From the human T2T-CHM13v2.0 reference genome, Homo sapiens, in assembly GCF_009914755.1 (NCBI RefSeq), contig NC_060928.1: DNA of 64,000 bases; one strand, written 5' to 3'. Both the position numbers and the translations under genes were made by a program. Of this stretch, positions 44,146 through 61,535 are shown piece after piece. The notes beneath the pieces were generated by a model that was not told the DNA's origin, did not search any database, and saw nothing but the letters and a program-made list of their open reading frames with translations. Numbering within the stretch: position 1 is the stretch's first letter; every line of letters begins with the position of its first letter.

Positions 44146-46289
44146 GTATGTTTCATTAAAACTTTGTATGAGATATTCTCTGAAGTTTGAAATTGTAAAA
44201 ACATCTACTTTCAAAACTCTTTATAAAAATTTATTTTCACAACATTAGGATTTTTGAGTAAGATATAGAAATAAGAAACAAATATTAAATAAGGTAGTCA
44301 AATCTGATTTTCTGATTATCAAAAGCAAACAGCTATTTATATATTTTGGGGGCATTCCAGTTCTTATTATCTGTTTTCCCTTTAGAAACACCCATATCTT
44401 ATGAATTTGGATGGTATTAATTAGTAATTTGTCATAGTTTTGGCTATATAAAATTTTCCTAGCCAGCCCTTTAATCAACGATAGAGTAAATAGATTTGAA
44501 AAAGCAAGATTGTACAAAGAATGTTTCAAAGAATAACGAGAACACACTACTTTTAACTATTTACTCATTCTCTACCCAGAAATATTTTGGAAGCATATTT
44601 ACATTCAAACAACCCAACGGTTGCCAGGTTTTCTACTTTACCTGCTAGCACTTCATTCAACAAATATGCATAGAAAAATCTATCTTTTCCCAGGAACCGT
44701 GCTAGGTACTAGAGATATCAGAATGAACCAGATAGCTCTCTGCCTTCAGAGAGCTCCAAGTCTAGTGACACAATAGGACATAAATAAATCACAATAAAAG
44801 TAGTTAATATTCTTATACATGTATGAACAAAATGTTGTGTAGGTCATTCTCTGTAGGTGTCAAAACAGGCTGAAGGATTTACTCGGGAGGTGACATTTAA
44901 GTTGGGTTTTGGGGAGGAGTAAGGGGTTTAAGGTAATGAAGTAAGCATAGGGCAGAAGGAATTGGGAAGTCAGAATGTCAGAGTTGTGACATGGCTTGTG
45001 TGTGTCTGGATGAAGTGTGCCTGGAGGGTCTGGTGTTGTCCTTGTAGGAGGTAACCTAGGCTGCGTGTGGATGTGACAAGGGTGTTAGTGATGGTGCAAG
45101 GGCAGCTGGGACCCTAGACCTTGGGTCCATGTTCTCTCTCCTCTGCCATCAGGGCACTGCGGGGATTAGTTTGAGAAGCACTAGGGCAATGGGGAAAACC
45201 CTAGACTTCACTATTTCTCAACCTTTCTGAGCTACATTTTATATAAAATGATGCAATAATCCTACCTTGCAGGACTAATGGGAAAATTAATTTAGGAAAA
45301 ACATAAAAATTGCCTATCAACCTACTGGGTACTTAGGTCAGCTCAGGAACTTTCCTTTCTCTCTTAAAATGCTGTTTACAGGAATCCTCCATGAATTTTT
45401 TTTGTAAATGAGCAAACCCTCTAGTTGAATATTTATTTTTTGTTTCATAAATATGAGTTATAACCTCACTTATCTATATAATTGTATGAATCTTCCAAAA
45501 CTTTTGGACATAGAAACATGAGTAGAAAATCTGAAAGTTAGATGATTTGTATCTTTAGGCTGAATCAGATCTGTCATTCTGATGCAGACTGAATATAAAC
45601 TCACATAAAGGTTTTACAAAATTTCTTCCTCTCAGTATTTTTTCTCAAGAGGTAGACATAATAACACCTTTCCTCTCTAGTTCCTGTGGAGATCTTTGAA
45701 AAATAAATTAAATGATGTGTGCAAAAGTAATTTAAGAAGTTCCATACCAAAGTACCAATAATAATATATTACAAAATCCTTTATCAGGTAAATGTGGGTT
45801 ATTTTTTATTCTAAATGCCTTAATGCATTTCAGTAATCTGTTGTTAGGATAGAAATCTCTGAATAAAAATGCAAATACCTAAAAGCTTTGACAATTTCCT
45901 TAAACATAAATACTTAATTCCAAACCTAGTTTAGAGATTTTTTTCATTGTTTTTTTATGGTTATGCTATGTAGTAGAACTAGAATAAGACCTTTCATATT
46001 TGTTTTATTAAATCCCAGAACCCTTGGTATGTTGGCCAAGATTCATTGGTCAGTCCTATAGTAGTGCATCTTATAACAGCTATTTTCAAAATAATCCTAA
46101 GTTTTTAGAGAACAATGTTAATCATTTATCATCATACTTATGGGCTACTTTCTGATCTGTAATCCCTTAACCTAATAATGGCTATTGAAAGTTCTCAGTA
46201 CTAAGATGATGCTTTCTTTGATGCTACACTTTTACACGGGCTTTTTTATCAGTTACTCTACCTCACTTGGTTTCATGAGCAGCTGTTTT

Positions 46290-46661
<372 letters not shown>

Positions 46662-46878
46662 TTGATGTTTTCTTTCTACTTGTGGTTTTAGTGATGATTG
46701 CTTTGTCTTTGATTGATGCAATGCATAGGTCTGCTAGTCTCATGCTTGTGTTATTGTGAATTAGGTCATAATGATTATTGGCTTGACCAGTGTGTTTTAG
46801 GATGTAAACAATAGTTATGTCTAGTGATCAGTTTGTAGATGTTGTAGTCACCCAGGTTTACAATTGACAGCAATGTGA

Positions 46879-47241
<363 letters not shown>

Positions 47242-48157
47242 CAGAAGACATATTTCTATTATTACATGACAGCAGTACCTTTAGAATTTGCTTGAAACTT
47301 TTATAATGACAAACAGTAAAATAGTCTCATAAGTTTATGTACTGCTTTAATTTCATTGTTTTAACTGAGAGGTTTTAACATTGTCTTCACAAGAAAACAA
47401 AATGTTTTCCGATGAAGTGCTAACATTAGTATGAAAAGTCATTGTTTTTATAAAAGGAGTTTAGTGACAGACCTGAGGCACCTAATACATTAGGCATTAT
47501 TTTGTTGTGAAATAAAAGAGCAAATATGAGAAAATACCTCAATAATTTATATGTAATATATTTGTTTTATGATTCACCTCTGAGATGTCTTATAATTTAG
47601 CCTTTGTGGTAGCTAAAAAATGTTAGAGTAAAACAAGATCATGTGAGAATATTTACCTAAGGCAACGCATTATTTTAAAATGATCAATGTTCATGTAAAC
47701 ATTGTAATGCTAAAATAAGAAAAATCCCCTTGCTATGCTGATGATCTGAAAAATGTTAGTTACAAATCATTATTAATCATTGTTAGGTCCTCATTAAATC
47801 ATGGCTTTAGCCTACACATTGACACTTATGTTCTAAAACAAAAAAAAAATGTTATTTTAAGGGATTCTATTCTGTCTCCTCATGAATGTGGTAAAATTTC
47901 CTAAGAAGAAAATGAAAATTTATTTCTTGGGTTCTTGCTAAAGAATGGATGAATGACTATTTCCTGAATATTTATTAGGGGTCCAATCTTCCAGGCATGG
48001 AAGATGTAGCAGTAAAGCAACAGAGAAAGTTGCTGCTTTCATAAACTTATGTTCTGTAGCCTAGAATGGTCTACTGTGTAACACTTGCCAAGATCCCAGT
48101 TGATAAGATTGTTTGAAGTCTAGTGAGGATCAGCTGTTTTCCCAAGGGGACACTAAC

Positions 48158-48523
48158 TGTATTGGTCTGTTTTCATGCTGCTGATAAAGACATACCTGAG
48201 ACTGGACAATTTACAAAAGAAAGAGGTTTAATGGACTTACAGTTCCATGTGGCTGGGGAGGCCTCACAATCATGGTGGAAGGCAAGGAGAAGCAAGTCAT
48301 GTCTTACTTGGATGGCAGCAGGCAAAGAGAGAGCTTGTGCAGAGAAACTCCCATTTTTAAATCCATCAGGTCTCGTGAGACCCATTCACTGTCACAAGAA
48401 CAGCACAGGAAAGACCTGCCCCCATGATTCAATCATCTCCCACTTGGTCCCTCCCACAACATGTTGGAATTATGGGAGCTACATGATGAGATGTGGGTGA
48501 GGACACAGAGTCAAACCATATCA
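48158..48523 (-). mobile_element. THE1 solo LTR
   Basis: TGTATTGGTCTGTTTTCATGCTGCTGATAAAGACATACC...CAAACCATATCA; 5-bp TSD CTAAC. Confidence 0.93.
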
Positions 48524-48899
48524 CTAACCAATGGTTGATTTCAGATTCCTGTATTTTATTAAGATGAAAATTTCATTTAGAATTAGATCATGGCCATACA
48601 GTTGAGATGGGAAGGTTGTATAAGTTTACACGGAATGAGGGATACTCATCAAAGCTCTAGATGGTCTGTCTTCATCAGTCGTTCTTAAACTTCAGAATAT
48701 ATGCAATAAACCTTTGGAACTTGTCAAATACATATTCCAGGCCCTACCTGGAGAAATGCAGATTCTTTAGCTTTAGAGCATTGCTTAGGAATCTGCACTT
48801 TTAATAAGCAACAAGTGGTTCTTGTTATAATTAATATAATTTCCTTAAGATTTATATGTTATTAACTCTTTTGTATATTTTTAAGACAGGCATATGAAC

Positions 48900-49119
48900 A
48901 TATCTAAATGGATATATATAAATATGTGTGTATATATCATATATATGTGTTTATATATCCCATATATATATCCTATATATATGTGTATGCATATATCCCA
49001 TACATGTGTGTATATATCCCATATATATGTATATATATAAATATATATACAGACACATATATACACACACATATATATAGATTCAGGGATACAGGTGTAT
49101 ATCTATATCTCTATCTATA

Positions 49120-49120
<1 letters not shown>
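48900..49120. repeat. (TA)/(TG)-rich low-complexity tract at the L1 tail
   Basis: Degenerate TATATA/ATATCCCAT runs. Confidence 0.9.
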
Positions 49121-52257
<3,137 letters not shown>

Positions 52258-53809
52258 TGGATCTTACTCTCACACTAAATGGGATATTTTTATTTAATTG
52301 AAAAAATCTGTCCTGAAGAATTGATATTGACTTTAAGAAATGGGCCAAACTCAGTTCCGTGTAAGAAGCTTCTTACACATGAGACTGAAAGCACAGATAA
52401 AGTGGTGCTGTCACCTCTAGCCCCTGCCTATTTCATAGTAACCATACAAAAGAGGTTATGGGCATGTGTATATATGTTTTCGAAAAAATTAGATTACATT
52501 TAGACAAATGTAAAATTTTCATCTCCAAATTTGTCTCAGTACATATCCCCTCCCGTCCCTGACTCCCCTTTTACACTTCCATACACTAAATCCTGCATAT
52601 TCACTGAATTTTTAGTAGACTTTTTTAGATGAAGATTATAAACTATTGTTAGGGTGATTTTTCTAATGCTAGCTTCTAGAAAATGAAAATCAGCGTGAAG
52701 AATGTTTACCTCCCACAATTGCTCATTTAAAAAGACTAAGTTAATAAAGCATTTTTTGATACCTAAAAATACATATCCATTGTGCAATATGATAGCCTTA
52801 ATGAGAACCTCAAGGTATCATGAAATTCAAGGCCTCTTGATAGTAATGTATTTACTGAATATAAGCTGCAATCCTGTTGCCTAGAGAGAGACAAAACATT
52901 TTACTTACTGTACTTACAATGGCTGTAGCGTCATTTTGTTTATTTCCTCTATGATAAACCCTCAGAGAAAGTAAAAGCTGTCAGAATATGCCCAGAGGCA
53001 GCATAGTCTTTAGACATCTGGTTAGTAAAAAGATCTGTAGTTAAGAGCACACAACCCAGAGCCAGTACTTATTGCACTAGGACAACAGAAATTGTCCCCA
53101 AGAGGAACGACCATCAAATATTTCATCAACTTGCGTATGTACTTTGTCAAGCTTATAGTCTTAAGAAATGTTGGTCTCAAATAGTGTAGTCCTAAGGACT
53201 ATATTAAAGGAGTATAAATAATTGTGGCTGAAATTTATGACCCATTTTTTTCTTTCCATTTGACATTCCATGAAAGATATTTATTACTGATTAGATAGCA
53301 AATTATTTCTAGAAGATAGTTGGGGTTGGCTTTTATCAGCCTGACTAGTTAGAACAACCACAACTTTTCGATCAAAAACTATTTTTGTGCTTATGTATCT
53401 CCCATTGTGTTGTGTACAAAGATTTGTAACACACGGTCTCAGCCCTTAGGGAACTGGAAAGATAAGGCACCAGTCCATAAAAGTGTGACTAATTTGTAAA
53501 AAAAAAAAAAAAAAAATAGTACAAGTACAAGCAATATATTCAACAAAGGCAGTGCAGGAAGTGCTAAGGAGATTATTTAGACAATGAATGCTGAACATAT
53601 AGGATGGAGAAATCACCGCGGATAGGAGCAATCAGAGAGGGCGTTGTTGAAAAAGGTGAACCTCAGCTGGCTGTGATTTTATACCAGTGAGGAAGAGTTA
53701 GGATGTTTCATACAAGCAAATAGTGTGTGCTATATTAGAGACAGAGAAAGGTAGAAATTTAGGGAATAGCTCTGACTGGCTTATAGAGCAGTATTTGGTA
53801 ACTGCAGAG

Positions 53810-54333
53810 CAGTGGTCCTCAACATTTTTGGCACCAGGCACTGGTTTTGTGGAAGACAATTTTTCATGGATGTGGTAGGGGGATGGTTTCAGGATGATTC
53901 AAGCGCATTAATTTATTGTGCACTTTATTTCTATTATCATTACATTGGAATACATAATGAAATAATTATAGAACTCACCATAATGTAGAATCAGTGGGAG
54001 CCCTGAGCCTGTTTTCCTGCAACTACATGGTCCCATCTGGGGGTGATGAGGGACAGTGACAGATCATGAGGCATTAGATTCTCATAATGAGAGCAAAACC
54101 TAGATCCTTTGCATGCACAGTTCACAACAGAGTTTGCGCTCTTATGAGAATCTAATGCCACTGCAGATCTGACAGGAGGCGGAGCTCATGTGGTAATGAG
54201 AGTGATGAGGAGTAGCTGTAAATAGAGATAAAGCTTTGCTCACTTGCTCACTGCACTCCTCCTGCTGTGCGGCCCAGTTCCTAACAGGCCACCAACCAGT
54301 ACCAGTCCATGGCTGGGGGCTTGGGGACCCCTG
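53810..54333 (+). mobile_element. MER1A (hAT-Charlie) non-autonomous DNA transposon
   Basis: TIRs CAGTGGTCCTCAA / TTGGGGACCCCTG, 524 bp, degenerate 8-bp TSD CTGCAGAG/CTGTAGAT. Confidence 0.9.
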
Positions 54334-55489
54334 CTGTAGATTGATTCTGAAAGACCATGTTGGAAAGATATATTGGTGCCAGAGTATGATATATCCTTTA
54401 AAAGTTGGCTAAGAAGCTTGAGTTCTGTGCTATAGGTGATGGAGAACAATCATCCAGGAGGAAAGAAACAGTTTAGAAAGAATCTAATAGTAACATACAG
54501 GAAGGATTAGACCAGTGGTCCTCAAAGTGTGGTCCCCAGATCCTTTTGTGTCCTCAAGACTTGTTTTTGGAGTCCCTGAGGTCAAAACTATTTTTATAAT
54601 AATACTAAGATGTTAGTTACTTTTTACGCTATATTGGCATTTGTGCTGAAGATACAACATGGTGGGTAAAACTGCTAACATCTTTGCATGAATCAAGTCA
54701 CTGGCACAAAGCAGTGGAAGCAGTCCGGGGATTCTTCATCATCACACACTTGCAGTAAAAAAGTAAAATTTCCCTTACAAATGTTCTTGATGAAGTGGTA
54801 AATATGATTATTTTATTAGATCTCAACCCTTGAGAACACATCTTTTCAATGTTAATTGTGACAAAATGACAATGTGAGCATAAAGCACTCTGCTGCATAC
54901 TGAAATAGGATGGTTTTCTTAAGAAAATGCATTTATTTTGAGATGATTTGGCCTAGGCTCCCCCACTTTTAAAAATGGAATGCCATTTTTACTTGAGACA
55001 CAGGAAACCTATGGTCATTCAGATTAGGTATTTGGGAGACCTGTTCTCAGAAATAAAGTGGGTCTGTCATTTCAAGAAAAAAAACTGACAGTATTGTGGC
55101 TAATGGTTAAAATTTGACCCTTCAGATGAAAATTAGATATTTGAAAGTTTTTCCCGTCACTGTGAGGTTGAGGCTTCCCGATAGTTAGAGACGTTTCTAA
55201 AGAGCTTAGTAGTGATAGTAACAAATGAGATTTTTTTTGTAGAATGCAATTTGTCAACATTTGGAAGGTGTGTATAACTCATTGAAATAATACTTTATAA
55301 ATGACCAATGCATAATGTTTACAAAATAATGCATGTATAAAAATATGCATTCAAAGTTCAAGACAAACCAATGAAATGTAATGTGTCCATCTTAAAAAAT
55401 TCACTGGTACAGTTTCAGATTCTACATTGCAACTAATATTTAGGAAACTACTACTTGTTGAGTTTTGCTGAGAGTATTTAGGAAAAGTA

Positions 55490-56658
55490 CAGTAAGTCTT
55501 AACATCATTGATAAGTTCTTGGAAACTGTGACTTTAAGCAAAATGATATATAATAAAAACAATTTTACCACAGGCTAATTAATAAAAACAATAGTTAAGA
55601 CCCTGCAGTATATTTCTGGTCACAAAAATAGCATCAAATTTCTAAATAAAGACCCCAAACACTTCTACTGTTAAACAATTGAAATAAATGGGAGCTATAC
55701 ATAAATTTAAGAAAGATGAATAAAAAGTAAGATAATTATTTACCCATTTTGGTGAATCAGTGAGGGACAGTGGTTGTAGTGGTGATGGGTTAAATCAAGG
55801 GATGTTTGCAAAGTGAAAATGGTCAGGAGCACCTGCACCTACCACTTAGTTCAAAACCAACCCATGATCAGTATGGTTGGCTTGCTGAGCCTTTTGTGCT
55901 ACATATTTTGTTGTTGTGCATCTGTAGGATTATCATCTACTTTGTTAATTTTAATTTTACTATAATTTATATTGATTCACCTTCCAACTAGCTTATTGCA
56001 GTTAAGGGTGTAGGATGGCCCAGAGCCCATCTTGACAGCTCAGGGAGCCAGGTGGGACCCAACCCTGAACAGGACACCTCTTTATCACATGGCATGCACA
56101 CCTGCCCCCCACCCAACACACAGATGTACTCATGCATACTGGAACCATGTAGATATGCCAGTTCACCTAATGTGCACATCTTTGGGATGTGGTAAGAAAC
56201 TGCAGTACTCAAAGAAAACCCATGCAGATATGGGGAGAACGTGCAGACTACACACAGACAATGGCCTTGTCCAGGAATCAATTATTTTTTCTCATCAACA
56301 TTATAACAAAACAGGCTGGGCATGGTGGCTCACGCCTGTAATCCCAGCACTTTGGGAGGCCGAGGCGGGCAGATCACTTGAGGTCAGCAGTTCTAGACCA
56401 GACTGGCCAATATGGTGAAATCCCATCTCTACTAAAAATATAAAAATTAGCCTAGTGTGGTGGCTATGCCTGTAATCCCAGCTACTCGTAAGCTGAGACA
56501 TGAGAGTCACTTGAACCTGGAAGGTGGAGATTACAGTGAGATCGCACCACTGCATTCCAGCCTGGCCGACAGAGCCAGACTCTGTCTAAAAAAAAAAAAA
56601 AAAAAAAATTATATAACAAAACGATGTTGAGAAAACAACATTATTGGAGACCCTGCTA
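55490..56658 (-). mobile_element. MER6 (TcMar-Tigger) with TA TSD, containing an Alu
   Basis: CAGTAAGTC.. and ..CCCTGCTA ends flanked by TA; internal GTGCACATCTTTGGGATGTGG..AAAACCCATGCAGATATGGGGAGAACGTGCA. Confidence 0.85.
56314..56608 (+). mobile_element. AluS with TSD
   Basis: TATAACAAAAC at 56302-56312 and 56612-56622; A21 tail. Confidence 0.95.
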
Positions 56659-57125
56659 TACCTACAATTGTCTGAAGCGGCTATTAAAAGACTCCTCGCA
56701 TTTTCAACTACGAATCTGTTTGAGACTGCAGTTTTTTTATTTTTATATACTTCAGCTAAAACAGAATATTACAGACACATTGAATGCAGAAGACTGGATA
56801 CAGCTCACTTTTACCAATAGTGAATACTGCCATTCACTATTGAGATTTGCAAAAATCTAAAATGATAAAACTCTTTTTCTTATATTTATTTTATTTTGGA
56901 AATATTTTTAATAAAAATACATAATTTGTGGTAATATGTGGTAGGTTTATTATTTTTTAAATAACTTTAAAATTCATTTTAAAATAAAAATTCTGTAAAT
57001 TTCTCAATTTTAATTTCTAATATATCTATAGATATTACCTAAACAATAACTCCCACCCCAAAAGTTTGTTGTGAAGGTTAAATAAATTAACACATGTAAA
57101 ATGTTCGGAAAATGAGGGCACATAG

Positions 57126-57589
57126 TGTCAAAGTCAAAATAAAATATTAAGACAAATCTCTAAATTTGATGTTTTATTTTGGGAAGGAAGAATTGCAATT
57201 AAGAGCATACACATAGACCACATAGATCATGTGATCTTTGGTATGTTCCAAGAACAAGGAAAGTTTGGGAGTTTTATTAGAAAGAGAAATGTTACTTATT
57301 TTCTTGAAAGAAAGGTCACTGCCACCAGAGAAGCTTTTGGGAGCTGGCAAGCTCTGACTGAAGAGTGATGATGGTAAGTACAATTAGTCTTACAGTCATG
57401 GCAGGTCGTTTCAGCAGCTACTAGGTAAAACTGGTCTTAAGGTTACAGCAGCCTGTTTCAGCAGCTGGGCTTGTGGAAGATTCTTCTAGCAGTTGCTGTG
57501 TGCCCTGAAGGCTTTCCCCCTCTGGCCTCTTGACTCCAATTTAGTTGAGCATGTCAAGAAAGACCCCACTTGTATAGTCAACTTTCACA
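57126..57589 (-). mobile_element. ERV1-class solo LTR (family tentative) inserted in a MIR tail
   Basis: TG...CA termini, 4-bp TSD ATAG; MIR sequence GGCACATAG|TAAATG is split by it. Confidence 0.8.
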
Positions 57590-59238
57590 ATAGTAAATGT
57601 TTTAAATTATTATTATTTACTTCTTTTTACTACTTGATGAGCTCTTTAAAGAGAAGTGGGTGATTTGCAGCAAAATTCTTAGGGCTTCAGACCTTTTGAT
57701 GCTTATGTGTCTGTACACAGTAATAAAGGAGCAAAACAGATGCTATATCTCTCTTCTGCCTTTTATATGTCATGGGAGCACTGCTTACTAGTAGATTATA
57801 ACCTAAAACCATACTGGCAAGGGATTCTCAGAAATATTTTTCTCTGCTTGAGCCCCTGTTTCACAGGAGAGCAGGGAATGGTGCTGAGCTGCCAACAGAT
57901 TATTTGAAGCACAGGAAGTATGGGGGCTAACAAAATTAAACATAGTTTAATATGTTAGTTAAAAATGAATTTGGTATTTCTTAGAGTCTTTAATATGCTA
58001 ATGGGCATTGTAAGACTCCAAAGGAGACAAGCTTATGATTTCCAAACTTATTTGAGACAGAGCTTTTTCCCTGTAGATCGCTTATTTTCCATGGAGCACC
58101 TGGGAAGAGAAGAGTTTATAGTTCTCTTTGAGCACTCTGGGCTCAATAAAACATTACAATGCATATTGGCATTTATGGACTAAAGTCAGCAAGGGTTGAA
58201 TGTCACAGAATAAGTGCTTTAATTCTTGTGATGGTATCAGATTTCGGGGAATGCAAGGCATTTCAACTCTTTGAATCACTGGGAAACTGCAAGAGTTTGG
58301 AAATAATCTCCCATCACCTGAAGATTTTTTAGCCCCAGTCCACACTGTTCTTCATCTTTTGGTATGCCATGGGCAAATTTTAGAACAAAATAAAAAGATA
58401 ATAAAGACTCAAATGAGAGTCAACTAGTATAATCTTAAAAAAAATGTGTTTCTACAATTGTGATGTCATACTGTAGTTGATTTATGAACATTCAGAGATG
58501 ATTTGTCTAATTAGTGGGTTACAATATTAATCAGTTATCAGTATCTCTCTCATTCTTTCATTTCTTAGTTGATGTACTAAATAAGAACATATTTATATTT
58601 CTGAATATGTGTGTTAGTGTGTGTATATGCAGATAGATAGATAGATAATGCCTACTACCAATATACCAGGCATGGTGCTGGACATGGAAATGTAACAATG
58701 GGAAAGAGAATCACCCTTGCCCTCGGGAACTGTACAGTCAAGTCTAGTGGATCTTCTTTTCTTCATATATTGCTTATTTTGTTAATTAAATATTTAGTGG
58801 ATGAACCAGAGAAAACTCAAAATATGGCTATAAAGTAAGCATTTCTTTTAACATTTTTAAAAACAGTTTTGTTGAAAAGATTAGCTATTTTCATCAAAGA
58901 GAGGTAGAAGTCCATAGGGGAAATGACAAAAAATTATTGAATAAAATAAAAAGTTTTTTGCTTAATGACTATGTCATTTATCTATGTTCTTTTCATTTCC
59001 TCTTGTAGCTGATCTGAACTTCATTTTCTAAAGAGTCAAGCAGGTACATTTTCAATTCTTTATTACACTAAAATTACTGTCATGGATTAGGGCATCTGTG
59101 ATTGTATGATAAATTCTGTTAGTGTTTGCATCAGCAAATTTAACACCTCAGCTCCAGGAATTATATTCCTTCTGTACAATATACCCAAAGTACTACATGT
59201 GTACATATCTGTAAATTTTATGTATCAATCAATGGGAT

Positions 59239-59607
59239 TGTTACAGACTTATTTTGTCCCCCTAAAATTTATGTGTTGAAAAGACTTCCAGTGAATGTGA
59301 CTGTGTTTGAAATAAGACAGTAATTAAGGCTAAATGAGGTCATAAGTATGGGCCTCTGATTTGATAGAATTAATGTCCTTATAAGGGGTGACACCAGAAA
59401 GCTCATTCTCTCTCTCTGCCATGTGAGAACACAGAATGAAGGCAGTTATTTGCAATCCAGGAAGAGAGAACCCTCACGAGGAACTGAATTGGCCGACACC
59501 TTGATCTTGGACTTTGCAGCCTCCAGAACCATGAGAAATCTATGTTTGTTGTTTAAGCCTTTTGGGTACATGATAGTTTGTGATAGTAACCTGAGCTGAC
59601 CAATACG
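59239..59607 (+). mobile_element. MLT1A-like LTR
   Basis: TGTTACAGACTT..AAATGAGGTCATAAG..CACCTTGATCTTGGACTT.GCAGCCTCCAGAAC..CTGAGCTGACCAATAC. Confidence 0.85.
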
Positions 59608-59711
59608 TAGGCAAATGGATAAAACAAAAAAATTTACCTGTCAAGGTTGACAGCAAGGAAATATGTAATCTTGCTTTATTCTAAGAACCAATGCAAGTAT
59701 ATAGGGGATTA

Positions 59712-59775
59712 TTTAGAAATAATGCACTCCCCCAAATCACTGTAAGATAATTTTGGAGAGTGCATTATTTCCAAG
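59712..59775. other. Imperfect inverted repeat / hairpin
   Basis: GAAATAATGCACTC (59716) and GAGTGCATTATTTC (ending 59771) are perfect reverse complements; the stem extends to ~24-28 bp. Confidence 0.9.
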
Positions 59776-60189
59776 GGCAATGAATTTGTATAAGTTTTCA
59801 TGTCAGTGATAATGATGTATAATAAATATCTGACAATACTGTGATAAATAAGTAGTTGGAGGTATGAAAGAGAACTTTTAAAACACTGCAGAGAAGAAAC
59901 TGCAAAGAATGGTTTAATGGCATAATTACCATATATCGATTATACATCAGCTCTTACCATATAATTTATTTGAACTTTTATGGCTGTTGCCATCAAAAAG
60001 TTTCCATTGGTTTTTTTTGGCAGTGGTAATATGATTAAAATAACATATAAAGTAAGCTTTTAGTTTTTTAGGAGACTTACTAATTTGAAGCAAAAGACTT
60101 ACAGCTATTCAAATTTCTTTTGTCTCTCTCCCTCTCCCCCTCTCTCTTCTTTGTTTAATCCATTGTTATGCTCAAGCACATTTTTTTCC

Positions 60190-61290
60190 TTATAGGGTTC
60201 ATTATCAGATGATAATACATCCCAAACTCAGTCCTTGAACTTCTTCTCTTCTCTATTTACAGTTTCTCATCTGGTCCCATGGTTTTAAAAGTCATCTATA
60301 TGAAAATATATATTCCATTCCTGATTCTCCCTGGGGTCACACTCATACACCAAACCTCTGTTTCTGCCTTGATTTCTGTAGCCACAAACTGGCATTCTTG
60401 CTCTACACTTTCTTTTTTAGGACATTAATTCTGTCTTTATTTTACTTTATATTTTATGCACATTAAAATAGACTTTATCTTTTAAATAAGTTTTAGGTTC
60501 ACAGCAAAATTGGGCAGAAGTTACAGAGATTTTTCCATGCTAGCCTCCACATATGCACAGCAGTTCAATCTTTTTGACTAATAAGCCATTATGTCATTTT
60601 TTTCTGTTCAGAATCCTCCATATCATAGAGAGCAAAGGCCACATCTCTCATCAATAAGGCTCTTTATGATATAGCTACCTTTTCAATCTCCTTTCCTATT
60701 ATTGTTTTTCACCTTCAAGCTGATTCAGACACATAACTTTCTAGTGGATATGTTAATTTGCTTCACTATAGTAACATTTACTATCTGTATGTATCCCATC
60801 ATATGTTGTAGATCTTAAATATACACAAATCTATTTTAAAAAATAAAATCTAGCTACTTCTCAAACACACAAAGCCCATTCCTATTTCTGGCCCTTTGCA
60901 TTTGCTGTTCATTCTGCCCAAAGTGCTCATTTTCCAGACCTTCACATGGCTCTCTACCTTACTTATGCAGGTATCTGCACATTTTTTATCCTGGAGAAAA
61001 TTTCCTTGACAACATTTTCTAAAAGAGCAACCCCAGTCACTTTTTATCCTCTTGCCCTGATTTAGTTTTCATCATACAACTAACTCTAGAACTCTTACTG
61101 CCTGACATTATATTAAACATTATTTGCTTATGTGTTTATTATTTGTCTCTTGCACTATAATGTAAGCCCCATGAGAGGAGGGACATTTATAGTGTCTTTT
61201 CTACTGAATCCCCAGTTGCCTGAAACTGCTTGACACATAGTATGCTCTTTATAACAACTTGTTGAATGAATGAATATGAATGAATGTTGT
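60190..61290 (+). mobile_element. L2 3' fragment with small L1M inserts
   Basis: GGCCCTTTGCATTTGCTGTTC..ATGTAAGCCCCATGAGAGG..TGACACATAG..GTTGAATGAATGAA end. Confidence 0.75.
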
Positions 61291-61319
61291 GCTAATTATT
61301 ATTTGAATGTTGACTCTTC

Positions 61320-61535
<216 letters not shown>

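Larger units (their letters stand above)
54513..57040 (+). mobile_element. Charlie1-like hAT fossil interrupted by MER6
   Basis: CAGTGGTCCTCAAAGTGTGGTCC terminus; degenerate transposase C-terminal sequence resumes at 56661 (ACAATTGTCTGAAGCGGCTATTAAAAGACTCCTC). Confidence 0.75.
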
